Assembly: GCA_964426805.1 (NCBI GenBank)
Contig: CAYRRY010000001.1
Span: forward strand, 2,504 to 66,503
Direction of reading: 5' to 3'
From: an uncultured Candidatus Saccharibacteria bacterium
GTDB lineage: Bacteria > Patescibacteriota > UBA1384 > XYA2-FULL-43-10
DNA length: 64,000 nt
Positions 36,741-47,260 of this stretch are shown one piece after another (position 1 is the first letter of the stretch; every line of letters starts with the position of its first letter). The notes beneath the pieces were generated by a model, which saw nothing but the letters and a program-made list of their open reading frames with translations, searched no databases and was not told the DNA's origin. A program made the position numbers and the translations under genes.

Positions 36741-39641
36741 ATGAAATACGACTTCAAATCAATCGAGAAAAAATGGCAAGAACGTTGGGAGAAGTCGGAT
36801 GAGTTTATGGCTTCCGACGACTCAGACAAACCAAAACACTATAATTTGGTAGAATTTCCCTATCCATCTGGTGCTGGTCTCCATGTGGGGCACGTTATGG
36901 GTTATGGCGCCTCAGACGCTTACTGTCGCATGAAACGGATGCAGGGTTACAATGTGCTTTTCCCAATTGGTTGGGACTCTTTTGGTTTGCCCACCGAAAA
37001 CTACGCCATAAAGAACAAGATTCACCCACGAGTAGCTACCGACCAAAATATAAAAACATTTATTAAACAGTTTAAATCGCTAGGCATCTCTTTCGATTGG
37101 TCGAGAGAAATCGATACAACTGATCCAAATTATTATAAGTGGACTCAGTGGATATTTTTGAAGTTCTACAAACACGCAATAGTCGATGGAAAATTAGTTG
37201 AAGTAGCTGACGACGATACTATAACTCCCAGATTAGCTTATCAAGATGAGATAGCAATCAATTGGTGTCCGTCATGCAAAATAGGTTTAGCAAATGAAGA
37301 AGTAGTAAACGGCAAATGTGAACGATGCGGAGAAGAAACATCTAAAAAAATGCAGAAACAGTGGATGCTTCGCATAACCGACTATGCTGATAGGCTTATA
37401 GATGACCTTGATACCGTTGATTATCTAGAAAGGATAAGAACCCAACAAATAAATTGGATCGGGCGATCCGAAGGTACAGATGTGGACTTTAAGCTAAAAG
37501 GTTTAGATCAAATCATAAAGGTTTTTACTACGAGAGTAGATACCCTTTTCGGTTGTACATATATGGTACTTTCGCCAGAACATACACTTGTTAAAAAGCT
37601 GGACTCTTCAATAAAGAATGCTAATGAAGTTAACAAATATATCGAAAATGCTAAAAATAAATCTGATTTAGAACGAACAGAGCTTCAAAAAGAAAAAACT
37701 GGCGTACGGCTCGAGGGGATAACAGCCATCAACCCTATCAACAATGAAGAGGTTGAGGTTTGGATCGCAGACTACGTTCTAGCTAACTACGGTACAGGGG
37801 CTGTTATGGCTGTGCCGGCCCATGATGACCGTGATTATGAATTCGCCAAGAAATATGGGATTGAAATAAAAAACGTGATTATCCCAAAAGTAGTCGACAA
37901 ACACGATCCGCCAATGGAAGGTGTAGAAACAATTTATAGATTTTCGATACAAGCTATCATTATAAATCAGAAAGATGGGAAAGTCTTAACTCTCAAATGG
38001 AAAAAACTCCCGTGGAGAACATTTATCACTGGTGGTATAGACGAAGGCGAAGATGTTGTAGAGGGGGCTAAGCGAGAAATATTAGAAGAGACTGGGTACA
38101 AAAACATTAAATTCATTCGAAATCTTGGTGAAATCGTAGAGTCGCATTTTTATGCTAATCATAAAGAAGAAAACCGCAAGGCTCATTTTCAGGGTATACT
38201 TTTTGAACTAGAAAACGATGAACGAGATGAGGTGTCTAGCAAAGAAAAAGAAATCCATGAGGCCGAATGGATGACCTGGGAAGATTTGAACAATGACAAA
38301 CAGATTAAATGCGCTGAGTATGACATCTGGTTGGACAGAATTAATAATGACGAACACGCCTTTATTGAATACGGTGTTTTAATAAATAGCGGTAAGTTTG
38401 ATGGACTGGAGTCAAAAGAAGCAATTCAAAAAATCACACAAAAGATTAAAGACAATAATAGTGGAGATTTTGCAAAGAACTTCAAGCTTCGAGATTGGAT
38501 TTTTTCGCGACAGCACTACTGGGGTGAACCGATACCTATCATACATTGTAATACTTGTGGCACTTTACCTATGGACGAAAAGAACCTGCCTCTAGAATTG
38601 CCAGTAGTTGAGAACTATCAGCCCACAGACACTGGCGAGTCACCCTTGGCAAAAATCAAAGAATGGGTCAACGTTAAATGTCCTAAATGTGGAGCTGAAG
38701 CCAAAAGAGAAACCGACACAATGCCAAATTGGGCTGGCTCTTCTTGGTATTTCTTAAGATATTGCGACCCTAAGAATAATGATGAGTTTATATCTAAAAC
38801 AATGCTTGCTAGTTGGATGCCCGTAGATCTTTATAATGGTGGCATGGAACACACAACACTTCATCTTCTATATTCGAGGTTTTGGCACAAGTTTTTATAT
38901 GACTTAGGAGCCGTAAATACAGCTGAGCCTTACAAAAAGAGAATAGCTCATGGCATTATCCTTGGTACTGACAACCAGAAAATGAGCAAATCAAAGGGAA
39001 ACGTAATAAGCCCCGATGATATAGTTGAGCAATACGGAGCGGACACTCTTCGAGCCTATATTATGTTTATTGGACCATATGATCAAGAATCCGCTTGGAA
39101 TATGGACGGAGTTGCTGGTGTTAACAGGTTTTTGAATAAAGTAGTAAATAATTTTGAGAAAGTTGACGGTAATCACAAAGATGACGACAATACTATAAAG
39201 TTGATAAACAAGACAGTAAAAGGTGTCGGCGAGGACATTGAGAGGTATTATCTAAACACCTACATTGCCAAGTTAATGGAGTTCAACAACCATCTCTTCA
39301 CACTCGACAAAATATCTAGTCTAACATTAACTACATTTGCAAAGCTTCTCTCTCCTGCTTGCCCCCACCTAGCATCAGAAATGTTAGAGAGATTGAAGTC
39401 AGAGGACAATCTATGGCCAGAGTACGACAAATTAAAAATAATAGATAGCGAAATTACACTTGTTGTTCAGATAAATGGCAAAGTTCGTGACAAGATGACA
39501 GTACCCGCCAACATAAGCAAAGATGAGATGCTCAAAATTTCCAAAGAGAGCAAAATCGTTCAAAAATGGACAAAGAACAAGGAGATAATCAAAGAGATAG
39601 TCGTCCTAGGAAAGCTTGTTAACATTGTTATCAAGGGTTAG
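36741..39641 (+). CDS. leuS: Leucine--tRNA ligase with inserted Nudix domain
   Basis: HVGH, KMSKS, CP1 editing motifs (FTTR.DT, GTGAVMAVPAHD.RD). Nudix box inserted at ~37890-38350. Confidence 0.97.
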   Translation: MKYDFKSIEKKWQERWEKSDEFMASDDSDKPKHYNLVEFPYPSGAGLHVGHVMGYGASDAYCRMKRMQGYNVLFPIGWDSFGLPTENYAIKNKIHPRVATDQNIKTFIKQFKSLGISFDWSREIDTTDPNYYKWTQWIFLKFYKHAIVDGKLVEVADDDTITPRLAYQDEIAINWCPSCKIGLANEEVVNGKCERCGEETSKKMQKQWMLRITDYADRLIDDLDTVDYLERIRTQQINWIGRSEGTDVDFKLKGLDQIIKVFTTRVDTLFGCTYMVLSPEHTLVKKLDSSIKNANEVNKYIENAKNKSDLERTELQKEKTGVRLEGITAINPINNEEVEVWIADYVLANYGTGAVMAVPAHDDRDYEFAKKYGIEIKNVIIPKVVDKHDPPMEGVETIYRFSIQAIIINQKDGKVLTLKWKKLPWRTFITGGIDEGEDVVEGAKREILEETGYKNIKFIRNLGEIVESHFYANHKEENRKAHFQGILFELENDERDEVSSKEKEIHEAEWMTWEDLNNDKQIKCAEYDIWLDRINNDEHAFIEYGVLINSGKFDGLESKEAIQKITQKIKDNNSGDFAKNFKLRDWIFSRQHYWGEPIPIIHCNTCGTLPMDEKNLPLELPVVENYQPTDTGESPLAKIKEWVNVKCPKCGAEAKRETDTMPNWAGSSWYFLRYCDPKNNDEFISKTMLASWMPVDLYNGGMEHTTLHLLYSRFWHKFLYDLGAVNTAEPYKKRIAHGIILGTDNQKMSKSKGNVISPDDIVEQYGADTLRAYIMFIGPYDQESAWNMDGVAGVNRFLNKVVNNFEKVDGNHKDDDNTIKLINKTVKGVGEDIERYYLNTYIAKLMEFNNHLFTLDKISSLTLTTFAKLLSPACPHLASEMLERLKSEDNLWPEYDKLKIIDSEITLVVQINGKVRDKMTVPANISKDEMLKISKESKIVQKWTKNKEIIKEIVVLGKLVNIVIKG

Positions 39642-39709
39642 CTTGATATTTTAGCTATTTTGTGCGATAATTCATTAGTGTTAAATCATAAATATTATTT
39701 AGATCAGTT

Positions 39710-39913
39710 ATGGCAGAACCAAAAAAGAGAACAAACAAATCCAAGCGTGGTATGAGAAGAATGTGTATTAAAGCCAAGGCTCCATCTATCGCCTACTGCG
39801 ACAATTGTCACGAGGCAGTTATTAGCCACCAAGTATGCAAAAACTGTGGTTTTTATAATGGCAAAAAAGTTATTGATATAGAAAGCAAAAAAGAAGTAAT
39901 CGAAGAGAAGTAA
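39710..39913 (+). CDS. rpmF: 50S ribosomal protein L32
   Basis: MAEPKKR..K..RR, CDNC, H.VCKNCG.Y. Confidence 0.95.
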   Translation: MAEPKKRTNKSKRGMRRMCIKAKAPSIAYCDNCHEAVISHQVCKNCGFYNGKKVIDIESKKEVIEEK

Positions 39914-39917
39914 AAAT

Positions 39918-40349
39918 ATGAATCGTCACCTGGGCAGAATTGTAGCAATGCAGACCCTGTATGAGAATGATTTTCGAGAGGGATCTGACTTAGAAGAGAT
40001 AAAATCTAGAAACATTGGAGAATACTCCGATAAGGTAGATGATACTTTTATCATAGGTATTGTTGACGGTGTTTTAAAAGAAAAGGAGAAGATAGACGAG
40101 ATAATCCAGGACTCTGCACCAGAGTGGCCGATAGATCAAATATCAATCATTGATAAAAATATCCTACGAATTTCGATCCATGAGTTAGTATTTTCGAAAG
40201 ATGTTCCGCCAAAAGTTTCAATTAATGAAGCGGTAGAACTTGGCAAACAGTTCGGCGGCGAAAATTCATCTAAGTTTATAAATGGAGTTTTAGGTACAGT
40301 ACATGAAAAATATTCTGATGAATCAGATAATAAGAAAGGCAAAAAATGA
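39918..40349 (+). CDS. nusB: Transcription antitermination factor NusB
   Basis: RH..R..AMQ.LY, DKNILR, INEAVEL.K.FG, FINGVLG. Confidence 0.96.
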   Translation: MNRHLGRIVAMQTLYENDFREGSDLEEIKSRNIGEYSDKVDDTFIIGIVDGVLKEKEKIDEIIQDSAPEWPIDQISIIDKNILRISIHELVFSKDVPPKVSINEAVELGKQFGGENSSKFINGVLGTVHEKYSDESDNKKGKK

Positions 40350-41050
40350 AAACAATTGAAGAATTTGAAAAAAGTATAGGAGTAGAGTTTAAGGACAGAG
40401 AGTTGATAGAAACCGTCTTTACACACCGATCTTATCTAAATGAACACCGAAACTTGAGTCATGATCATAACGAACGGTTAGAGTTTCTCGGCGATGCCGT
40501 CTTGGAGTTATGCGTTACTGAGTATTTATATGAAAAATACGACAAACCCGAAGGAATTATGACAAACTGGAGAAGTGCTCTCGTAAAGGGAGAATCGCTT
40601 TCGACAGAGGCAAAAAGAATAGGGATGAATGAGTTGATTAAAACTTCTCGCGGTGAATCAAAAAATACTGGAAAGGCCAGGGATCTGATTATGGCCAATG
40701 CTTTTGAAGCCCTTTTAGGGGCAATATATCTAGATAATGATTACAAAAAGGCCTACACCTTCGTTAAAAAGAATGTAGCTTATAAGTTAGATGATATAGT
40801 AAAAAAAGGCTTGGATTACGACGCAAAAAGCAAGTTCCAAGAACTTGCTCAAGATACCCTTGGTATTACACCATCATACGATGAATTAACATCTGTCGGC
40901 CCAGATCATAACAAAGAATTCACAATGGCTGCATTTTTAAACGGTAAAGAGGTTGGAAAAGGCAAAGGAAGATCAAAACAGAAAGCTCAAACTGACGCAG
41001 CCACCGAATCACTTAAAAATTGGGAAAAGATAAAAAAAGAATTCAAATAG
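40346..41050 (+). CDS. rnc: Ribonuclease III
   Basis: [18 protein letters not shown]-terminal dsRBD (GPDH.K.F). Confidence 0.97.
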   Translation: MKTIEEFEKSIGVEFKDRELIETVFTHRSYLNEHRNLSHDHNERLEFLGDAVLELCVTEYLYEKYDKPEGIMTNWRSALVKGESLSTEAKRIGMNELIKTSRGESKNTGKARDLIMANAFEALLGAIYLDNDYKKAYTFVKKNVAYKLDDIVKKGLDYDAKSKFQELAQDTLGITPSYDELTSVGPDHNKEFTMAAFLNGKEVGKGKGRSKQKAQTDAATESLKNWEKIKKEFK

Positions 41051-41090
41051 ATTGAATAATAAAAAGGCAATTACATATTAAGTGTTTTTT

Positions 41091-42047
41091 TTAGTGCCAA
41101 TCAATATTACGAAATCCCCAATCAAGCAAGCGAACCGATTCATCCGCAGATGCGGTTACAGTATCTAGATAGGTATGAAGAACAACTCCGACCAATGTGT
41201 TACCCTCTCTGCTAGCAGCAGAGACAAGACAGTGACCTGCTTCCGGCATATATCCTGTTTTTACTCCGATAGCTCCAATGTAGTTGTATTCTCCGACCAA
41301 CCTATTCGAGTTCTTAAGTTCATGATAAATTGATTTTTCTGTATTCTTTGCCACATACTTTTCAGTTCCTACAATTTTTCTAAATATTTTACTTTTCAGA
41401 GCCTCGCTGGTCAAAGTAAAAAGATCATAAGCCGTGGAGTAACCAGTAACATCCAGTCCGGCGGGATCTTCGTATTTTGTATCAGTCATACCTAGTTCTA
41501 CGGCCTTTTCGTTCATTAGTGAAATAAATTTCGATATACCCACATCGTCAGCATTATTTGCATGTTCTGCTAACGCATAAGCTGAATCATTGCCAGATTT
41601 TATAAGAAGACAGTGCAAAAGCTCAGACACGCTCATCTTCTCACCGACTCTTAAAAACGCGTCGGCACCAACTTGATAAGCAGCATCAGCGGAGACTGTT
41701 ACAACCTCATCCAGAGCATATTCGTCGAGCACGACCAAAGCTGTCATTATCTTTGTAGTAGAGGCTATGGGAACTTCTGTCTTGTCGCCCTTCTTCAACA
41801 TCACCTTACCGCTCTCCAAGTCAGCTAACAGGTAGTTGTTTGCTCTTATGTTCGCACTTGGCGCACTTTTCTTCACCTCAGGAGTTCTAATCAGTTCAGG
41901 TAGATATGCGTCTATACCAGAAGCTACAACGCCCCTGTCATCACGCTGTTCAAGATTATAAACTGCGTCGTCAAACCTGTCCTCAGCAAAAGAAAAACCA
42001 AGTACGGAGCTAATAATCGATACCAAAAATAGTGATTTTTCAATCAT
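41091..42047 (-). CDS. D-alanyl-D-alanine carboxypeptidase (peptidase S11)
   Basis: ASTTK (SxxK), SGN (SxN), KTG. Confidence 0.93.
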   Translation of the reverse strand: MIEKSLFLVSIISSVLGFSFAEDRFDDAVYNLEQRDDRGVVASGIDAYLPELIRTPEVKKSAPSANIRANNYLLADLESGKVMLKKGDKTEVPIASTTKIMTALVVLDEYALDEVVTVSADAAYQVGADAFLRVGEKMSVSELLHCLLIKSGNDSAYALAEHANNADDVGISKFISLMNEKAVELGMTDTKYEDPAGLDVTGYSTAYDLFTLTSEALKSKIFRKIVGTEKYVAKNTEKSIYHELKNSNRLVGEYNYIGAIGVKTGYMPEAGHCLVSAASREGNTLVGVVLHTYLDTVTASADESVRLLDWGFRNIDWH

Positions 42048-42056
42048 CTTGTTTAT

Positions 42057-43490
42057 TTAGTCGTTTGTTTCAGTGTCCTTTATGGAAAGCGCCTTACTTT
42101 TTGCTTCTTTTGATAGTTCTATATGAACTGTTTTTAGCTGATTTTCCGATATGCTTGAGGGCGCTCCCATCATAGGATCTCTTGCGTCGCCAGTTTTTGG
42201 AAATGCCATAGCCTCTCTTATGGCTTTCTCTCCAGAAAATATGGCTGCGATTCTGTCTATTCCAGCAGCAATTCCACCGTGAGGCGGTGCTCCGTATTCA
42301 AAAGCTTCTAACATGTGGCCGAATCTTCTCTCTTTCTCCTCTGCTGATACGCCCAGTATATCAAAAACTTTTTCCTGGATATCTCTTTCGTGAATTCTTA
42401 TTGATCCTCCAAAAATCTCAAACCCATTTAGCGCCAGGTCATAGGCATATGCTTTTGCGTCTTCGGGCTTTGAGTCCAGCAATAATCTATCCTCCTTGGC
42501 TGGAGAGGTAAACGGGTGATGAACAGAGACAAGCTTGCCCTCGCTCTTGGATTTGGTAAACATCGGCGTATCGACAATCCACGCAAAGGCGAATTCTTCA
42601 GTATTATTTTTATCAGCTCGAAGATCCGGCTTATCGGTTTTATATTTTTCAATAGATTCCTTATATGTGATGCGTGGAAATGGGGTTTCGGTGATGCTAG
42701 CCTCAGGTTTAAGTTTTTTCACCATCTCTATCATCATCGGTTCAATCAAGTTTAGAATGTCTTCCTGTTCTACAAAGCTCATCTCCAAGTCCATTTGAGT
42801 GAATTCTGGTTGTCTGTCACCTCTTTGGTCTTCATCGCGAAAACATCGTGCAATCTGAAAATATCTCTCAATGCCGCCAACCATCAAAAGTTGTTTGAAT
42901 TGTTGTGGGCTCTGAGGTAACACATAAAATTGACCTGGGAAAAGTCTTGCCGGCACCACAAACTCTCGAGCACCTTCTGGGGTCGACTTTGTTAGATACG
43001 GCGTCTCAATCTCTCTAAAATCGTTTTTATATAAATACTCTCGAATATACTTAATTATTTCATGACGAAGAGTAATATTTTTGTTCATTCTATCTGTTCG
43101 TAAATCCAGATATCGATATTTTAGTCGAAGTTCTTCATCTACTTTTGAAGTATCTTTATCTATTTCAAAAGGTGGCGTCTTCGCCTTATTCAATATCTCA
43201 ATCTCAGAAGCTTCGAGTTCTATAGTTCCGGTAGCATTATCTTTGTTTACCATCTTTTCTGGTCTCTCCTTGACCTTACCGTTTATTCGAAGTACCCATT
43301 CTGTCCGTATATCAGAGACAACCTCATATGCTCTAGAGCCCGGCACAACTACAACTTGAACAATCCCAGTCATATCTCTAAGATCAAGAAAAACGATCTT
43401 TCCGTGATCACGCCTCGCATGAACCCAGCCATTGATTGACACATCTTTCCCTGCTTCTTTTGATAAATCTTTTATCCATTCTCTTTTCAT
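42057..43490 (-). CDS. aspS: Aspartate--tRNA ligase (compact, GAD-less, probably non-discriminating)
   Basis: RRDHGK, YRYLDLR, STPEGAR, LPQSPQ, FRDED.R.DRQPEFTQ.D.E, GAPPHGG. Only 477 aa. Confidence 0.96.
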   Translation of the reverse strand: MKREWIKDLSKEAGKDVSINGWVHARRDHGKIVFLDLRDMTGIVQVVVVPGSRAYEVVSDIRTEWVLRINGKVKERPEKMVNKDNATGTIELEASEIEILNKAKTPPFEIDKDTSKVDEELRLKYRYLDLRTDRMNKNITLRHEIIKYIREYLYKNDFREIETPYLTKSTPEGAREFVVPARLFPGQFYVLPQSPQQFKQLLMVGGIERYFQIARCFRDEDQRGDRQPEFTQMDLEMSFVEQEDILNLIEPMMIEMVKKLKPEASITETPFPRITYKESIEKYKTDKPDLRADKNNTEEFAFAWIVDTPMFTKSKSEGKLVSVHHPFTSPAKEDRLLLDSKPEDAKAYAYDLALNGFEIFGGSIRIHERDIQEKVFDILGVSAEEKERRFGHMLEAFEYGAPPHGGIAAGIDRIAAIFSGEKAIREAMAFPKTGDARDPMMGAPSSISENQLKTVHIELSKEAKSKALSIKDTETND

Positions 43491-43502
43491 GTTGTCTCCA
43501 TA

Positions 43503-45761
43503 TTAGGTACGTAGCTTCGCTTTATATTTATTCTCTAGTTTGTTTACTATGCTAGAAAATATTTTGTCACCTTCTTCGTCCAATAGTGTCTTGTCGTCTG
43601 CTTGAAAGAAAAGGTGAAAGGCGATATTTTTCATCCCTTTGCCAAACTTATCCGAAGCAAATTCATCAAAGCAGTCCACTCTCTTTATTTGATCAGATAT
43701 TGAATATATAGTCTGCTCTATCTCTTCTGGCTTGATATTCTTTTTAACTATTACTGCAATATCCCTTGATACGGATGGATATTTTGATATTTTTCTATAT
43801 ATTTTACCTTTCTTCTCAACCTTGTAGGAAAGGAGTTTTTTGTCAAATCGTCTTTTCGCTATAGCTTTTGATATGTCGGTTTCAATTACTGTTACTGACT
43901 TTTTCTTGATTTTATAGGGTTTCAACTCTTCACTGAAAAGTTCGGTGATTTTAAATTCTCTCGAGCCAAAGCTGTATTTATCAGACAGCAAACTTATCAC
44001 TTCCTCACTAGAGATTTCACTTTTATTTGTAAGTGCCATCGCCAAAGACGTAGACTCCTTACTTTTTGAAAATACCTGACCAATTTCAAATATCTCAATC
44101 GGATCAAAGCTTGCGTTTTTCGAAATAGTTTTTAGTAGTCCTGAAGACAGATTGTTTCGTAGGTATTTGTTTTCAGGTTGCAGTGGGTTTTCTACTTCCA
44201 AGAGAGAAGATGATTTTATTTTGAAAACTTCAGTATCTCCTTTTGATAAAAACGAATAGTTGTAAACCTCAACCAAGCCAGCATCGACTAGCGTATCTTT
44301 GATATTCTCAAACAGATTGTAATTGGACAACGCCTTGTCAGAAGATTTCTTGATAGGTTTTGGTGTGATGTTATCATACCCATGTATTCTCCCCACTTCT
44401 TCAGACAAATCTTGCCAAACCTCGATGTCGTGACGAAAACTTGGAGGCATGCACCTGTTTTCACTAATACTGAACCCCAAACGAGAAAGAATCGACTTAA
44501 TTTGTTCGTCGTTTATTTCCAAATCAAGATATTTACGAATATTGTCAGGTTCAATCTCTAGCCAATTCTCCGAGTGCTCCCCATGGGGACCCACAACGCC
44601 AGATAATATAACACCACCCGCAACTTCGCTTATTAGTTTTGCTGCTTTATTTATTGCATGCTCAATACCTTTTGAGTCTACACCGCGTTCAAACCTATAG
44701 CTTGCTTCAGTATTTAGATTTAGGTTTTTGATGCTTTTTCGAATAACTTTTCGATCAAACTCAGCGCCTTCGATAACAATATTTGTAGTATCGTCTGAAA
44801 CCTGGCTGTTCTCTCCCCCTATAATTCCAGCAATCGCAATGGGTTTTTTATCGTCAGCTATTACTAGCTCTTCGCGAGTTAGGCTTCTCTTCTCTCCATC
44901 TAGTGAAATAATGGATTCGTTGCCCGAAGCTCTTCGAACCACAATTCTATTTTTATTGATCTTGTCCATGTCAAAAGCATGCAATGGGTGTCCTAAATCA
45001 TAGAGTATATAGTTGGTAATATCTACAACGTTATTTATGCTTTTCAGCCCCATTTTAGAAAGTGCGTTTTTAAGCCATTTTGGGGACGGAGCTATAGACA
45101 CACCTTCGACAACTCGAGCAAAATATCTCGGACAATCTTCATCTCGTTTTACATCCACCTTTATCACGTCTGAAGCTTTTTTAGATGATTTTTCAAGTGA
45201 AATGGGCTCTCGCATCACTTTCTCTGTAGAGATGGCTGATATCTCTCGGGCCATGCCTAAATGAGAAAGACAGTCGCCTCTGTTTGGAGTAATGTCTAGG
45301 TCAAATATAGTATCTTTTTCATAAACTTTATTCAAACCATCGCCTTCTTTCTCTTCTGGACTTAATATTAGAATTCCTGCGTGGTCGTTCCCAAGCCCAA
45401 GCTCTTTTTCAGAACAAAGCATACCTTCGGAGTCAACACCTCTAATCTTTGTCTTCTTAATCTCAAAATCACCTACTTTTGCACCAACCTTGGCTAAGGC
45501 CACACGATCGCCGATTTTGTAATTGTCCGCACCGCAGACAATCTTGTAGCTCTTACCACCAGTGGCTGCATCGACTACTTTTAGCTTGTCCGCGTTTTTA
45601 TGTTTTTCAATCTTCATAACCGTTGCAACGAAAATCTTGTCAAAAGAGACTTTTTTAATTTCTTCAACTTCACTTCCTGTTGAATTCAAAATATCTGCGA
45701 GCTCTGAGTCGCTGTAGCCAAACTTTGTATGTTTTTTTAACCAGTTTTTCGAGATTAACAT
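43503..45761 (-). CDS. pheT: Phenylalanine--tRNA ligase beta subunit
   Basis: OB fold, TPNRGDCLS, B3/4 domain, RFERG, D..EEV.R, C-terminal FDX-ACB. Confidence 0.96.
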   Translation of the reverse strand: MLISKNWLKKHTKFGYSDSELADILNSTGSEVEEIKKVSFDKIFVATVMKIEKHKNADKLKVVDAATGGKSYKIVCGADNYKIGDRVALAKVGAKVGDFEIKKTKIRGVDSEGMLCSEKELGLGNDHAGILILSPEEKEGDGLNKVYEKDTIFDLDITPNRGDCLSHLGMAREISAISTEKVMREPISLEKSSKKASDVIKVDVKRDEDCPRYFARVVEGVSIAPSPKWLKNALSKMGLKSINNVVDITNYILYDLGHPLHAFDMDKINKNRIVVRRASGNESIISLDGEKRSLTREELVIADDKKPIAIAGIIGGENSQVSDDTTNIVIEGAEFDRKVIRKSIKNLNLNTEASYRFERGVDSKGIEHAINKAAKLISEVAGGVILSGVVGPHGEHSENWLEIEPDNIRKYLDLEINDEQIKSILSRLGFSISENRCMPPSFRHDIEVWQDLSEEVGRIHGYDNITPKPIKKSSDKALSNYNLFENIKDTLVDAGLVEVYNYSFLSKGDTEVFKIKSSSLLEVENPLQPENKYLRNNLSSGLLKTISKNASFDPIEIFEIGQVFSKSKESTSLAMALTNKSEISSEEVISLLSDKYSFGSREFKITELFSEELKPYKIKKKSVTVIETDISKAIAKRRFDKKLLSYKVEKKGKIYRKISKYPSVSRDIAVIVKKNIKPEEIEQTIYSISDQIKRVDCFDEFASDKFGKGMKNIAFHLFFQADDKTLLDEEGDKIFSSIVNKLENKYKAKLRT

Positions 45762-46445
45762 TTAGAACTGTTTAATGAATCGTAAATCACCACTATAAAA
45801 TTGTCTTATATCGTCTATGCCATATTTGAGCATTACCATCCTGTCTATACCTATTCCGAAAGCAAAGCCACTATATTTTTCAGGATCTATCCCCATGTTT
45901 TTCAATACCTTAGGGTGAACCATGCCAGAGCCCAAAACCTCTAACCACTTACCTTTAAACCAGATATCTATATCAAAACCAGGCTCTACAAATGAGTAAT
46001 GATGAGGCCGCCTGCGAATCTTTATCTCGTCTCCGAACATCTTTTTTATGAAGTTCTCAAGCATCCAAAAAAGATTGCCAATATTTACATCCCTATCAAT
46101 ATATAAACACTCTAGTTGATAGAAAGTAGTTTCATGCCTGGCGTCGGTGGATTCATTCCTAAAACATCTCCCCGGAATTACCACTCTAATCGGCGGCTTC
46201 TTTTCTTTCCCCGCTCGTACCTGGCCATTCGAAGTATGCGTTCTTAAAACTCGTTTATCGGTCAACCAAAAAGTATCCTGCACGTCTCTAGAGGGATGGT
46301 CTCCCGGCACATTCACAGCATCAAAATTATACCATTCAGTGTCAACTTCTGGGCTAGAATAAACTTCGAAACCGAGCTCTTCAAATAATTTTAGCGCTTC
46401 TCTGAAATACAATGTTATTGGATGTAAATTCCCCTTTTTCTTCAT
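45762..46445 (-). CDS. pheS: Phenylalanine--tRNA ligase alpha subunit (no N-terminal coiled coil)
   Basis: G.LHP, NFDA.N.P.DHPSR..QDTF, LRTHTS, FAFG.G.DR. ATG at 46445 overlaps the upstream stop (ATGA). Confidence 0.95.
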   Translation of the reverse strand: MKKKGNLHPITLYFREALKLFEELGFEVYSSPEVDTEWYNFDAVNVPGDHPSRDVQDTFWLTDKRVLRTHTSNGQVRAGKEKKPPIRVVIPGRCFRNESTDARHETTFYQLECLYIDRDVNIGNLFWMLENFIKKMFGDEIKIRRRPHHYSFVEPGFDIDIWFKGKWLEVLGSGMVHPKVLKNMGIDPEKYSGFAFGIGIDRMVMLKYGIDDIRQFYSGDLRFIKQF

Positions 46446-46819
46446 GTTGACGAACCTTTTGTTTGAAAAAATAACTCTATTAATACTATCACAATTAGGA
46501 GTGGAATTCCAACCCAAAAATCCAATACTCTTAGCCCTTGAAGAAGCACAGTGACCACTATTCCCATTGATACTATAACACCTTGGCGAAGTGATGGTCT
46601 AAAAAGGGAATAAATCATCGAATTTTTAAATATGTAGATCTTTGAATAAAAAATTATCAGCGATAAAATGCCTACCAAGGTTACAAAGAGCGATAGATAG
46701 AAAAGCGAAAAGATAAATTGACTAGATTCATAGGGATTGTAGTTGTTGACAACAATTATGAAAGTCGCAATTGCGACTACCGTAATCGAAAAGATAAAAA
46801 ATAAATTTTTCTTAAGCAT
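46442..46819 (-). CDS. Four-TM hypothetical membrane protein
   Basis: Hydrophobic helices, SLRQG motif. Translationally coupled to pheS. Confidence 0.75.
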   Translation of the reverse strand: MLKKNLFFIFSITVVAIATFIIVVNNYNPYESSQFIFSLFYLSLFVTLVGILSLIIFYSKIYIFKNSMIYSLFRPSLRQGVIVSMGIVVTVLLQGLRVLDFWVGIPLLIVIVLIELFFQTKGSST

Positions 46820-46851
46820 ATATATATTTTATCAAATTTATGCTTAGAATG

Positions 46852-46881
46852 AAAAAATCCCCAATTTCCGGGGATTTTTTT
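46852..46881 (-). terminator. Intrinsic terminator after rpsI
   Basis: AAAAAATCCCC-loop-GGGGATTTTTTT. Confidence 0.8.
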
Positions 46882-47259
46882 CTATCGCTTAGACCATTGT
46901 GGAGATTTCCTAGCCTTTTTGTGTCCAGGCTTCTTTCTCTCTTTTTCTCTAGGATCACGTTTCAGGAGCCCTGCCTTTTTGAGGGGTGCGCGGAATTCTT
47001 GTTCGTACTCAACTAACGCTCGCGATATTCCATGTCTTATAGCTTCTAGTTGGCCCTGCTTTCCGCCACCAGAGACTTTTACGCTAATTCCGAATGACGA
47101 TAGCTTCCCGACGACTTCAAATGGTTTGTTTAGCTCATCAGAAGTAAACTCTTTTTCATTAACAATAAAACCTTTATCGCCCTCAGTAATTCTGACGCGC
47201 GCGATTGATGTTTTTCGTCTGCCTACTCCGTATTGATATCTTTTAGTTTTTTCTGCCAT
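46882..47259 (-). CDS. rpsI: 30S ribosomal protein S9
   Basis: GRRKTS.ARV, GGG..GQ, RD.R.KERKK.G, Q.SKR. Start taken at MAEKT. Confidence 0.97.
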   Translation of the reverse strand: MAEKTKRYQYGVGRRKTSIARVRITEGDKGFIVNEKEFTSDELNKPFEVVGKLSSFGISVKVSGGGKQGQLEAIRHGISRALVEYEQEFRAPLKKAGLLKRDPREKERKKPGHKKARKSPQWSKR

Positions 47260-47260
47260 A

